Source: a virus
Lineage: Duplodnaviria; Caudoviricetes
Length of the DNA stretch: 64,000 bases
Reading direction: 5' to 3' (one strand)
IMG/VR virus record: IMGVR_UViG_3300035502_000313
Span: 1-64,000 of that record
The position numbers were made by a program, and so were the translations under genes. The notes below the pieces were generated by a model. It was not told where the DNA came from and ran no database searches. It saw nothing but the letters and a program-made list of their open reading frames with translations. This document shows positions 10,553 through 19,984 of this stretch, one piece after another (the stretch's first letter is position 1; each line of letters opens with the position of its first letter).

Positions 10553-10632
10553 TAGTATTATATATATATAAATATTTTTACTTTTACAAAATTATACCAG
10601 AGAGGAATAACATCCTCTCTGGCTATTATCTT

Positions 10633-13600
10633 TTATATCATATTAGTTATAGCTTTAGATGCATATTTTAATGTATTTGCTGTAATTTTTGTAGAGTTAT
10701 CAGAGAATGGAGTACTATTATAATAGTCTGAGAAGTTGAATCCTTTTTCTGCTTTCATTACATAATCTAGATTAGATTTAAATACATTTAGACATGTAGC
10801 TCTAGTATCTATTAACTCTTTATATTGATCATTATTTAAACGTTTCTTAAGTTTCTTCTCAATACAATCATTAATATACCATAGCTTAGCTAGTTCGTAT
10901 TTCATTCCTTCTACATTACTAGAATTTCTATATACTTCTAATAACTGTACAGAATCAGCAATCTCATCTCCAAATGCTAAAGAACCTATACGAGATTTAT
11001 AAATAATTAAGTTACCTTCCTTATCAAACTCTATAGGAAATCTCTTTACTTCATTTAGAATAGCTATTGGTTCATGATATAATTCAGTACTCTCATTAGT
11101 TGATAGTATTCTATTAATTTTTTTCTCGTCTGCTAGATATACAGGTATCATATCTATAAGACTTCTTTTATATGCAGATAATTTTTTACCTGGCTTTACA
11201 TCTCTTTTTTGTTTTCTTGTATAGGAAGTTAACATTGAAGTTCCTTTTATTATGCAAGGTTCATTTTGTATATAGTCTACTGGTAAGTTGAGTACTTGTG
11301 TTCCTTCAAAGATACCAATATGACCTCTGTATTGTGAAGTATTTAGTTTATTTTTAAACCATTGTAAGAAATCTATTACAACTTCAGTTATATATTCGCT
11401 ATCAAAATCCTTCATACCATGTAAATTATCAGGAATGGTATTCTTTATAAAGTCAATTCTTTCAGCAAAATATTCAATTAATATATCTGGTATTTTACCA
11501 CCATTGAATTTATCTCCGTCAGGATAATGCCATTTACTATCAGGATTATGTATATTCAAGCAAACAATTGTTATATTATCTCCTGATACACAAATAGAAT
11601 TGTTGTATTTCTTACTATACTCATCTATAAGTGTAGTCTTTCCAGCACCAGAATGTCCTGTTATGAATAGTATATTATGATCACTATTAGGAGCTAGTAA
11701 TTCTATATTCAATTTTATATCATCTTTATTAACTAGAACAGATTCTTTCATATAACCTTTGAAATCTTTTAGAAGATTCCAATCATCTATATAAAATTTT
11801 CCTTTTATCCATTTAACGTTTCTAGTTGCTACTGTTTTCATTATGTCAAAGAAGTTCTTTTGATTATCAATACCATATTTTATAGTACGCATTTCTCTTC
11901 TAAATTCTGTTTTAAATACACCGTTATTCTTTATTATAACAGGACATTTTGATATCTTTGTGGTGTTTTGTTTGTTCGCACAATGAGCTATTTGTACACC
12001 TTCTATTACAAATCTTTTATTCTTATGAGAATTAGCATATTTAAATATATATTCGAATAGACCGTTGAATTCTTTTACACACATATCCCCATCTGATACA
12101 ATATTCTCAAATGTTATTTCTTCTAAATTATTGAGAGATGTAAATATACCAGACAATCCACCTTTAGAACTTATATACGAATCAATTACTTCACATTTAG
12201 TAGTATCCCAATTATTTACTTTAGCTCTTTGAAGTCGGTCTAATTCTACATATTCAGCATCATATGATTCACATATTTCTTTAGCAATAGTACTTTTTCC
12301 AGAACCAGATAATCCAGTAATCCACATAAGATTAGATTCGCCAGATTCCCAAAGCTCTATATTATAAAAAGAATCATTATATTCATGTGACTTTAAATCA
12401 GATACAGCTTCTTCAATACTAATGAATCCTTTCTTGAGAATTGACTTCATTTTATTTTCAACTCTTTTACCATTATACTTTGTAGCAATATCATTGAATA
12501 CTTCTATAATCTTATTAGGAACAGATTTTGCTGATGTATATAGTTGTCCTGGGTCTGGAATTTCTATATCTCCTACTAAATTAATACCGCCACTTTTAAG
12601 TACTGTATCTACAAATGTAGAACATACTTGATTGTATTCATTCTTGCTTACTTTATGGTCTATATGTAATATCTTATTGAAGAAGATTCTTAAATCAAAA
12701 GTAGTTTTGTTGTTCTTAAAATCTTCTACTTTTTCTTTTAACTTGTCTACTATATTATTAGGAGCAAAGAAAGCCATTACAGATATTATATTGTCTTTGA
12801 AAGATGATAGATTTTCTCTTACAAACCCAAAGTTTTCTCCTCTCATGTTATAACTATATACTTCTCCTAAAGTTGGATCAAATGATATACTAGCATGAGA
12901 ATAAGTACTTCCTGTAAAGAATTTTATACCTTGAGAAACTAATGGAGTTTTTCCTTGTGTAAATATTAATAACACAGGTTTATGTGTTGCACTAGTAGCT
13001 TGTTCTTCTACAATATCTTCATCTGATATAATATCATCAAGATTGATAAATATATCTCTTGGGATAGTTTCATCTAATATCTTTGATACTCGTTCAGATG
13101 CTTTTAATCTATTCTTTCTGTTGAATGGGATTTCTGGGTTCCATCCTAAATCAAGAATGGATTGTTTTCTAGCGAGTATTTTTTCTTCATCTCCAGACGA
13201 TTTAATATCATCAAAGTCAGAATATAACATGTCCAAAGTATCTATCCAATCCTTTCTATAGTCTTCAAATATATGGTCTAAACACATATCTTTATAAGAA
13301 TCAAACCATGTTGCTACTTTGACATTTGTTATAAGACCATCATTATCAGCATCTTTACAATAGAAATTATGATTACCATGTACACCTATATCAATTAATT
13401 CTGTAGGAGTGAAGTATGGTGTATCGTTAAATCTTCTATGTTGATTTGCTTTTATAGATTCGGATTCATTAATAGCTTGCATGTTATTGTATACTTGATT
13501 TACAAATTCTAACTTTGTAGTTATTAGATTCTCGCCATCTGAAGAATGTATAGTGTCTTGTTTTTCTACATTTATACATTTTAATGCTTTTGCCTTTAAA

Positions 13601-14289
13601 TCATTATATCTTTCTATATTAGACATGCCATAGATTTCTCTACATTTATCATCGGATTTCTTTCTATGATCATGAGATTGAGAATTAAAATCATGAAATG
13701 CTTTTTCAAGATTCTTTAAGTAATCTTCATGATTTAATCCTTTAATAGAACCTACTATATTAATATTGGTATCTATTTCATATTGGTCTGCAGCTTTATC
13801 TTTACTTACATCTTCAAATGTTCCTGCACCCCTTACTCTATAATAATTACCATCTGTAAAATCAGTATCTGAGTTTACCTCTACAGGTATACTTGAGTCT
13901 TCCTTTACTGGTGTAGTGATGTCATTGTCATCGTCTGGAATTTCATACTCATCGAAATCTCCAGAAGTAATAGAATCAGATATTTCGTCATCTTCAATAG
14001 ATTCATCATCGAATTCATATGATGTCATATCTTCTTCATTATCATCACCATATTTAGCATCTATATTACTCATCAGTTCAATTTTTAGAGATTCATAATG
14101 CTCTTGATTAGTCATGTTCCAAATTTCAATTGAACGATCATCACTTAGTCTTTGTTGTCTTGGAGTTAATTGAGATACAAACAATTCATATTGTCTTTCA
14201 AGTTCTTCCAAATCATCGGTGTCTTTTATGATAATATAATTAGTATCTCTCATAAACTTATTAGCAAGGACATTCTTATAAGTTTCCAT
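10633..14289 (-). CDS. Large virion protein carrying a permuted NlpC/P60 (YiiX-like) domain and two P-loop kinase-like domains
   Basis: YSHASISFD...CSTFV; ITGLSGSGKST...VIEGVQ; ITGHSGAGKTT...IFEGTQ; late promoter 14318-14330. Confidence 0.7.
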   Translation of the reverse strand: METYKNVLANKFMRDTNYIIIKDTDDLEELERQYELFVSQLTPRQQRLSDDRSIEIWNMTNQEHYESLKIELMSNIDAKYGDDNEEDMTSYEFDDESIEDDEISDSITSGDFDEYEIPDDDNDITTPVKEDSSIPVEVNSDTDFTDGNYYRVRGAGTFEDVSKDKAADQYEIDTNINIVGSIKGLNHEDYLKNLEKAFHDFNSQSHDHRKKSDDKCREIYGMSNIERYNDLKAKALKCINVEKQDTIHSSDGENLITTKLEFVNQVYNNMQAINESESIKANQHRRFNDTPYFTPTELIDIGVHGNHNFYCKDADNDGLITNVKVATWFDSYKDMCLDHIFEDYRKDWIDTLDMLYSDFDDIKSSGDEEKILARKQSILDLGWNPEIPFNRKNRLKASERVSKILDETIPRDIFINLDDIISDEDIVEEQATSATHKPVLLIFTQGKTPLVSQGIKFFTGSTYSHASISFDPTLGEVYSYNMRGENFGFVRENLSSFKDNIISVMAFFAPNNIVDKLKEKVEDFKNNKTTFDLRIFFNKILHIDHKVSKNEYNQVCSTFVDTVLKSGGINLVGDIEIPDPGQLYTSAKSVPNKIIEVFNDIATKYNGKRVENKMKSILKKGFISIEEAVSDLKSHEYNDSFYNIELWESGESNLMWITGLSGSGKSTIAKEICESYDAEYVELDRLQRAKVNNWDTTKCEVIDSYISSKGGLSGIFTSLNNLEEITFENIVSDGDMCVKEFNGLFEYIFKYANSHKNKRFVIEGVQIAHCANKQNTTKISKCPVIIKNNGVFKTEFRREMRTIKYGIDNQKNFFDIMKTVATRNVKWIKGKFYIDDWNLLKDFKGYMKESVLVNKDDIKLNIELLAPNSDHNILFITGHSGAGKTTLIDEYSKKYNNSICVSGDNITIVCLNIHNPDSKWHYPDGDKFNGGKIPDILIEYFAERIDFIKNTIPDNLHGMKDFDSEYITEVVIDFLQWFKNKLNTSQYRGHIGIFEGTQVLNLPVDYIQNEPCIIKGTSMLTSYTRKQKRDVKPGKKLSAYKRSLIDMIPVYLADEKKINRILSTNESTELYHEPIAILNEVKRFPIEFDKEGNLIIYKSRIGSLAFGDEIADSVQLLEVYRNSSNVEGMKYELAKLWYINDCIEKKLKKRLNNDQYKELIDTRATCLNVFKSNLDYVMKAEKGFNFSDYYNSTPFSDNSTKITANTLKYASKAITNMI

Positions 14290-14339
14290 ATAGATAATCT
14301 CCTTTCATTAGATAATATTATTAATAAGTTCAAAAGACG

Positions 14340-14550
14340 GTTTTGAACCCACACCAGTTAAGGTATGGGTTCAGAACAAGGTGAAATTTTCAAATCAAAA
14401 ATTAAGATTTAAAATAATAAAAAATAATGAGATAGAAAAAGAGAAGGATAGTTCTAAATCTTAAAAAGTAAAACAATTCACAACCACCAAGGAGTTTATC
14501 TACTTTCAAGTAAGTATTTACATAGTTTAGATATACTATCCTATCTCTTT
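14340..14550 (-). ncRNA. Candidate late small RNA B
   Basis: Late promoter 14549-14561, no ORF, long-range stem, terminator hairpin 14341-14376. Confidence 0.45.
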
Positions 14551-14578
14551 ACTATATAGTTATCATGTTTATAAAAAT

Positions 14579-14682
14579 AAAAAGAAAGGCTCCGGTACTC
14601 TGGGGGTGAGAGTACCGGATTTATAATACATCATGAAGAATTAATAAAACCACAAAGACTCATATTATTACATGAATCCTTT
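14579..14682 (-). ncRNA. Candidate late small RNA A
   Basis: Late promoter 14681-14693, 5' hairpin, terminator TCCGGTACTC/GAGTACCGGA. Confidence 0.45.
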
Positions 14683-14691
14683 ACTATATAG

Positions 14692-15852
14692 TTATGTATT
14701 TAATTCTAAATTTAATACAATACCAAATAAACTTAGAGTAATAGTTAATGCTTCTTTAATAGCTTCAGCATATTTTCTAATTTCATATTGAGCATGATTA
14801 TCAGTTCTAAGTTTTAAGAATGATACAAGATTGTATAAACTGAATGTCATATATAATCTACCACAATTTACATTAGAAGGAAGATATGCTCTAGCTTCTT
14901 CTTTCTTTAATCCGGCATCAGTAAGTTGAGTATATACAGATAGTAGTTCATTTGCTAATTCAAATAAATCTACTTCTTTCTTTTGTCCAAATAACGTAAT
15001 ATTGTATTTAGTACTATCATCGTAATCAGGTACAGGAATAGTAAATGTAGCATTCTTAGCATTTACATATCTCTGAGATTCTTGAGTAATTGCATTTCTA
15101 TGTCTTACCAATTGATGTGTTGCTGTTCTAGACATATTCTTAAATACAATTGTTACAGGAATGATATTAAAAAATACTTCTGGAGAAATATCACAGTCAT
15201 CAATTAAGTCTTGAATGTAATCCGTATCAATGCCAATATCTACTTTCTTAATTGGTTTAGTTCTATCAGTAGTTTGAATATTGACGGTCTTATCAAGAAT
15301 AAGAGTATCATATTGGATTCCTGTAGACGGTTCTAGAAGTTTATCATACTTACTACTTTCATTCTTGAATGTTTCTATATCAATAAATGTAGGTTTTGTT
15401 ATATACAATACAAATTTATTTCCGTATAATTCACCAACAGTATTTGACACGATAAGAGAATGAATAGTTCTTGTAATAGGATTGTTTTCGTAATCATTCT
15501 CTGTTGTATTGGTAAAGAAGAACTTATATGCTCTTATATTACCATTGACAATTAATACGTATGTATCATCTTCTTTATGAACAGTATAAAATTCAAGATA
15601 TCTTGAATATTCATATGTAATAACATCGGTAATATAACTAGGATCGGTTATATTAGATATCTTAAGAGCCATTCTTCCATGTTCTAGAATAGATTCATGT
15701 CCAGCGTTAACTCTTTTTTCAATATACTTTTTCTTTTCTAGATATCCTATACTTTTAGTATTATCATAACAACAGGTACATGCTTCATAGATATTAGCAA
15801 CATGATTGTTCTTATAGATAACTTCTCCATTGAGATTTTCAAAGTATTTCAT
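14692..15852 (-). CDS. thyX: Flavin-dependent thymidylate synthase ThyX (elongated)
   Basis: GHESILEH, SRTATHQLVRHR..TQESQRY, ARAYLP, LRTDNHAQYEIR. Confidence 0.92.
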   Translation of the reverse strand: MKYFENLNGEVIYKNNHVANIYEACTCCYDNTKSIGYLEKKKYIEKRVNAGHESILEHGRMALKISNITDPSYITDVITYEYSRYLEFYTVHKEDDTYVLIVNGNIRAYKFFFTNTTENDYENNPITRTIHSLIVSNTVGELYGNKFVLYITKPTFIDIETFKNESSKYDKLLEPSTGIQYDTLILDKTVNIQTTDRTKPIKKVDIGIDTDYIQDLIDDCDISPEVFFNIIPVTIVFKNMSRTATHQLVRHRNAITQESQRYVNAKNATFTIPVPDYDDSTKYNITLFGQKKEVDLFELANELLSVYTQLTDAGLKKEEARAYLPSNVNCGRLYMTFSLYNLVSFLKLRTDNHAQYEIRKYAEAIKEALTITLSLFGIVLNLELNT

Positions 15853-16706
15853 TTATTATCCTCCTTGACTCTCTGCTCAATAATATTTGCTAATTCTTTA
15901 CTTATCTCATCAGTTGTCTTTCTTCTATCACCATCATATATATTGATATGATAGAACTTGATATTTGATAAGTTATAGATAGCATTATTAAATTCATTTG
16001 ATATAGATATAGAGTTTACTATATCATGTATATTATCATTAATACTGTGTTGAAGTTCTAAATTATTATCAAAGTCTTTCTTATACTGTACTGTTTCTGA
16101 TTTGTCTATTTGTAATTCTATACCAGGATTGTTATTGTTTAAGATTACTATATTTAGTTTAGATGGTTTAGATGATCCAATAGATTCTTTGATAACTTTA
16201 TTCAGATATGTAGTTACAAACTTGAATAGTTGTATTATAATACTATCATCCTTATATTCTACTTCTGGAAACATCTTTTCTGCTAGATATTTCTTGAATC
16301 TATAATAGTCCATGAATTGATATAAGAATGTAGATAATGGTCCTCTATCTGCTAGTACTATATTATTAGAATTACGTGATTTATCTATAAAAGAACTCTT
16401 CATATCTTTTAGAAATTCTTTTATAAGTCTATCTGTATATTCTTCAACTATAGTATCTGAATCTAGATATTCTTTAGCTTCTATAATATCATTATCCTCA
16501 ATGATATCATCTCTGTCTTCTTTAATTCTATATATAAAAGAATTAGCTAAACTAGATATAGGTTTTGATGGATAGCTTAGATAATCAGATATATCTCCTA
16601 TTCCATTTTCTGCTAATTGAGTTTCATAATCACTATCCACAAAGCTTTTCATTAGAGTTGTCTTTCCTACATTATCAGCACCTTCTAAATAGAATGTATA
16701 AGTCAT
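15849..16706 (-). CDS. Thymidylate/dNMP kinase-like protein
   Basis: YLEGADNVGKTT P-loop and DRGPLSTFLYQ motif; coupled to thyX. Confidence 0.75.
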   Translation of the reverse strand: MTYTFYLEGADNVGKTTLMKSFVDSDYETQLAENGIGDISDYLSYPSKPISSLANSFIYRIKEDRDDIIEDNDIIEAKEYLDSDTIVEEYTDRLIKEFLKDMKSSFIDKSRNSNNIVLADRGPLSTFLYQFMDYYRFKKYLAEKMFPEVEYKDDSIIIQLFKFVTTYLNKVIKESIGSSKPSKLNIVILNNNNPGIELQIDKSETVQYKKDFDNNLELQHSINDNIHDIVNSISISNEFNNAIYNLSNIKFYHINIYDGDRRKTTDEISKELANIIEQRVKEDNK

Positions 16707-16959
16707 AACAATATTCCTCCTTTGAATATCAATATTTTATTAAAAAGTTTTCTTTGTTTTGAAATACTAGAAATCTAATTGTAAAATTTTACAAATTTAC
16801 AATTTTGCGAACCTATTAATAAAACATCCTCGCCAAAAGACGAATGACTAAACTGCAAACGCTTCAAACCACTAACCTACGGTTAGTGTTCTTATTATTT
16901 ATATTATTTAAAAAAAAATTATTATTATTATTAAAATTATTAAAAAGGAGATTACGAAA

Positions 16960-17331
16960 ATGAATGGATTCAGTAAGTATGATGGGAATGGGAATGTAAT
17001 ATATTCACAGGGAGTTGGAAGTTTAGGAGAGGTAGTGCACCATTTTTATTCCTACGACAATTTTGGAAGAAGAATATCATACAAAAAGCAAGATTCTGTC
17101 AATTTATTTGAAGAGAAGACTGCATATAATGATGATGGTAGTAAGATTATTAGATCATATGATATACCATCTTACACATTCTATAAGAGATTATATAATA
17201 GAAATGGTAGAATGATTGAAGAGACTATTATAGATCATAATGGTAATATAGTACATAAAGTCTATGATCCATATAATGATAAGTATAATGTATATAGAAC
17301 AAGAGAACCTTTCTGTATTTCAATTACATAA
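16960..17331 (+). CDS. Hypothetical protein with YD/RHS-like beta repeats
   Basis: KYDGNGN, YDNFGRRI, YNDDGS, YNRNGRMI repeats; AGGAG RBS. Confidence 0.6.
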   Translation: MNGFSKYDGNGNVIYSQGVGSLGEVVHHFYSYDNFGRRISYKKQDSVNLFEEKTAYNDDGSKIIRSYDIPSYTFYKRLYNRNGRMIEETIIDHNGNIVHKVYDPYNDKYNVYRTREPFCISIT

Positions 17332-17365
17332 AAAATAAGGGGCTGAGAAATCAACCCCTTGAATT

Positions 17366-18928
17366 TTATTTCTGAATGTATCTAACTTCATTATCAGACT
17401 TTTCTACATATATATTATCTGTAATGAGATCAGTATCTTTATAGTCTGACTTATTCGAAACATATAAGACAGTAGTATTAAGCTTTTTAAACTCTTCCGT
17501 AATATACTTAATACAATGTATAGAAGTTTCCTCGTCTAATGCACTTGTTACCTCATCTAATGCAATAAGAGTATTTGGATTTCTTCTTGCATATGTAATT
17601 ACTCTTGCTAAATTTATACGCTGACGTTGTCCTGTCGATAAAGATTCACCTTTTTCTCCAATAAAATCCCTAGCAATATCAATATCTATATTAACTTGTA
17701 AATTATCGAGAATGTCTTTTACTTCATCTTCAGTAACAGTATCATCACCAAGTGAAATATTTTCTAGTATTGTATCATTAAACATTTCACTTTCCGCAAA
17801 CATGTAAATGCAATCTATAGGTTCAACACATCCATTTGTTACTTCTACAGTTTTAGTAAGTATCTTTATAAATGTAGATTTACCAAAACCACTTGTACCA
17901 GTTATACAATAACGATGTCCCTTTTTGATAACTATATTGTCAATCTTGAATGTTACTTTTGATTCATCTGAATATTTAAATTCTACTCCATCTATTCTGA
18001 AATCTTCAATATTCTTTTTTCTTTGATTATCCTCTTGAAGATTTCCAAGTAATTCAAGATTAGCTTTCCTTTCAGAATACAAATCAAGAAAACTCATGGT
18101 ATTACTTACTATATTAGACAATACATAATCTGTCATTGTTATATATAATACTGTACTTATATCATTCCAACAAAGGAATGAATTTACTACAGTCGGAATC
18201 CACTGTAGTAATCCGAATGCAGAATATGATAATGCTCTCTTTTTCAAATTAAGCATATCATAATAAGTATTTTTTTGCATATCTCTTTGCCTTTCAATAC
18301 TCCATTTTTCTTTATTGAAGTATTTTACAGTCTTACTATTATAGATACAATCTGTAGTAGTGCTTCTCATTTTAGCATTTGCTTTTGCAGAAATTTTGTT
18401 GCTCTTCATATTTGCAGCTATACAATTAGCAACTATCATTGCAATAACATATACTATATCTATAATAACAGGCAAAATTCCAGCTGTTTTATATTCTTTA
18501 ACACAGATAACCATTGCAGGCATGATAAAAGGAAGAGTTGCTATAACAGTATTTATCATATCTTTATCGCAGTTCGAAATGGTATTTATTGAATTCGCTA
18601 TACCACCAGTTCCTATGTTAGTAATTGAACTGACTTTAGAATACGTTAAACGTTCAATCCATTTCATATAGTTCTTATTAAGCATCTTTAAATTCGATAC
18701 TTTTGTGATGAGGTTATTTGCTATAAATAATAAGCCCCATATAATATCTGCCTTAAGTAAAGCATTAAAGAATTGCTCTTTTGTAATATCATTAATGCTG
18801 CTGAAAACAGAATTCATCTCTGATATTTTTGAGCCTAGTTCATAGTTAAGTATTGCAATGACAATTAGTATTATCGGCATAGGAACTGCCATTACAAATT
18901 CAACTATTTTTTTACACGTCCTTTTCAA
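17366..18928 (-). CDS. ABC exporter-type half transporter (TMD+NBD), degenerate NBD
   Basis: Several N-terminal TM helices; GTSGFGKST, LSTGQRQRINLAR, LDEVTSALD; TTG start with GGAGG. Confidence 0.88.
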   Translation of the reverse strand: MKRTCKKIVEFVMAVPMPIILIVIAILNYELGSKISEMNSVFSSINDITKEQFFNALLKADIIWGLLFIANNLITKVSNLKMLNKNYMKWIERLTYSKVSSITNIGTGGIANSINTISNCDKDMINTVIATLPFIMPAMVICVKEYKTAGILPVIIDIVYVIAMIVANCIAANMKSNKISAKANAKMRSTTTDCIYNSKTVKYFNKEKWSIERQRDMQKNTYYDMLNLKKRALSYSAFGLLQWIPTVVNSFLCWNDISTVLYITMTDYVLSNIVSNTMSFLDLYSERKANLELLGNLQEDNQRKKNIEDFRIDGVEFKYSDESKVTFKIDNIVIKKGHRYCITGTSGFGKSTFIKILTKTVEVTNGCVEPIDCIYMFAESEMFNDTILENISLGDDTVTEDEVKDILDNLQVNIDIDIARDFIGEKGESLSTGQRQRINLARVITYARRNPNTLIALDEVTSALDEETSIHCIKYITEEFKKLNTTVLYVSNKSDYKDTDLITDNIYVEKSDNEVRYIQK

Positions 18929-19053
18929 TTAGATCACCTCCAAATATTTATGTGATATGTAGACGAAAAAGACAAATTAACTACAATATCGATATAATAA
19001 TATATAATCTTTTTAAAATTTACATAGATATAACATATAGATAATCAATAAAT

Positions 19054-19138
19054 GCGGGTATGGTGAAATAGGCAGACACGCAAGATTTAGGTTCTTGTAC
19101 CGTGAGGTGTGCAGGTTCAATTCCTGTTACCCGCACCA
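19054..19138 (+). tRNA. tRNA-Leu(TAG)
   Basis: Cloverleaf with long variable arm, CAAGA-TTTAGGT-TCTTG, encoded CCA; late promoter at 19032. Confidence 0.95.
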
Positions 19139-19427
19139 ACATCTTCAAAAACGATGTGACAGTATTCATTTTTTTTGATATATGCTTTTTGTGTAATTTT
19201 TGGGCTATTTTAAAAAGGTTTGTATATTTATATGTATGTGAATACGTTCCTAAGTATTGAAGGTCACTAAATCGTATATATGTATATTGATACTATAGCT
19301 AGCTCATAGCATCATAAAGTATATACAAAAATCCTATATAAGTTACACGTTCTTATATAGGTATTTAGAGTGAGAAAATGTTATAATATTCCATCCTTTA
19401 TATTATTTCATTTTCTCACATTATTAT

Positions 19428-19792
19428 GCCGCTGTGGTGGAATAGGCAGACACAAGGGACTTTGAAATAATTCTAAATAAGATATAAATATCTTAGATTC
19501 TAATAGAGAGTTTGGGTAACTATTAGGGCTATACTATGTATAGTAGGCAAGAGCAGCTTGGTAGGAATACCTTGGCTGAATGTGGACTAAACGGTGAAAC
19601 CTCCCCCAATGGTAATACCGTGCCAAATAAAAGATAATTCTTTTATGTGCGTAGAGAATATACATCCACCATCCAGAACGGATGAAGATTGATTCCAGAC
19701 TACAAACTTATTATAAGGTAACGAAAGTTATAGTAGTAAGAAAATCCCTCGTTAGTGATAACGTACCGGTTCAAGTCCGGTCAGCGGCACCA
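19428..19792 (+). tRNA. tRNA-Leu(TAA) interrupted by a group I intron
   Basis: Exon 1 19428-19462 (GCCGCTG...AGGGACTT), exon 2 19741-19792 (AAAATCCCT...CAGCGGCACCA); spliced loop CTTAAAA. Confidence 0.92.
19463..19740 (+). ncRNA. Group I intron (trnL-UAA/IC3-like), no ORF
   Basis: P AAACGGTGAAAC, Q AATACCGTGCCAAA, R GTAGAGAATA, S AAGATTGATTCC, IGS GAGTTT pairing GGACTT with U.G, terminal G. Confidence 0.88.
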
Positions 19793-19906
19793 CCATGAAA
19801 GTTTTCTCCAAAATTAAATTTTTATGGACATCCTTAAACTTTAACTACAGAACCGCAAATTCTGTAATCTCCAATTTTTTATTATTTCATTCTTTATTAT
19901 CTTAAG

Positions 19907-19943
19907 CCCTACAGGAACATAGAGTCCTGTAGGGTACTTCTTT
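19907..19943 (+). terminator. Terminator of tRNA operon
   Basis: CCCTACAGGA-N8-TCCTGTAGGG then T-rich tract. Confidence 0.75.
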
Positions 19944-19963
19944 TGTAAAATTTATATTTAATG

Positions 19964-19980
19964 AATATATATTATATTAG
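19964..19980 (+). promoter_or_regulatory. Early (virion RNAP) promoter
   Basis: AATATATATTATATTAG; near-identical at 25680, 43283, 44600 (+) and 10553, 63778 (-); resembles AR9/phiKZ early motif. Confidence 0.75.
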
Positions 19981-19984
19981 TAGA

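Noticed and set aside
19054-19138. Suppressor tRNA or recoded stop codons
   Set aside because: Anticodon TAG reads CTA (Leu); long genes are intact in code 11, and TAA, TGA and TAG all act as stops
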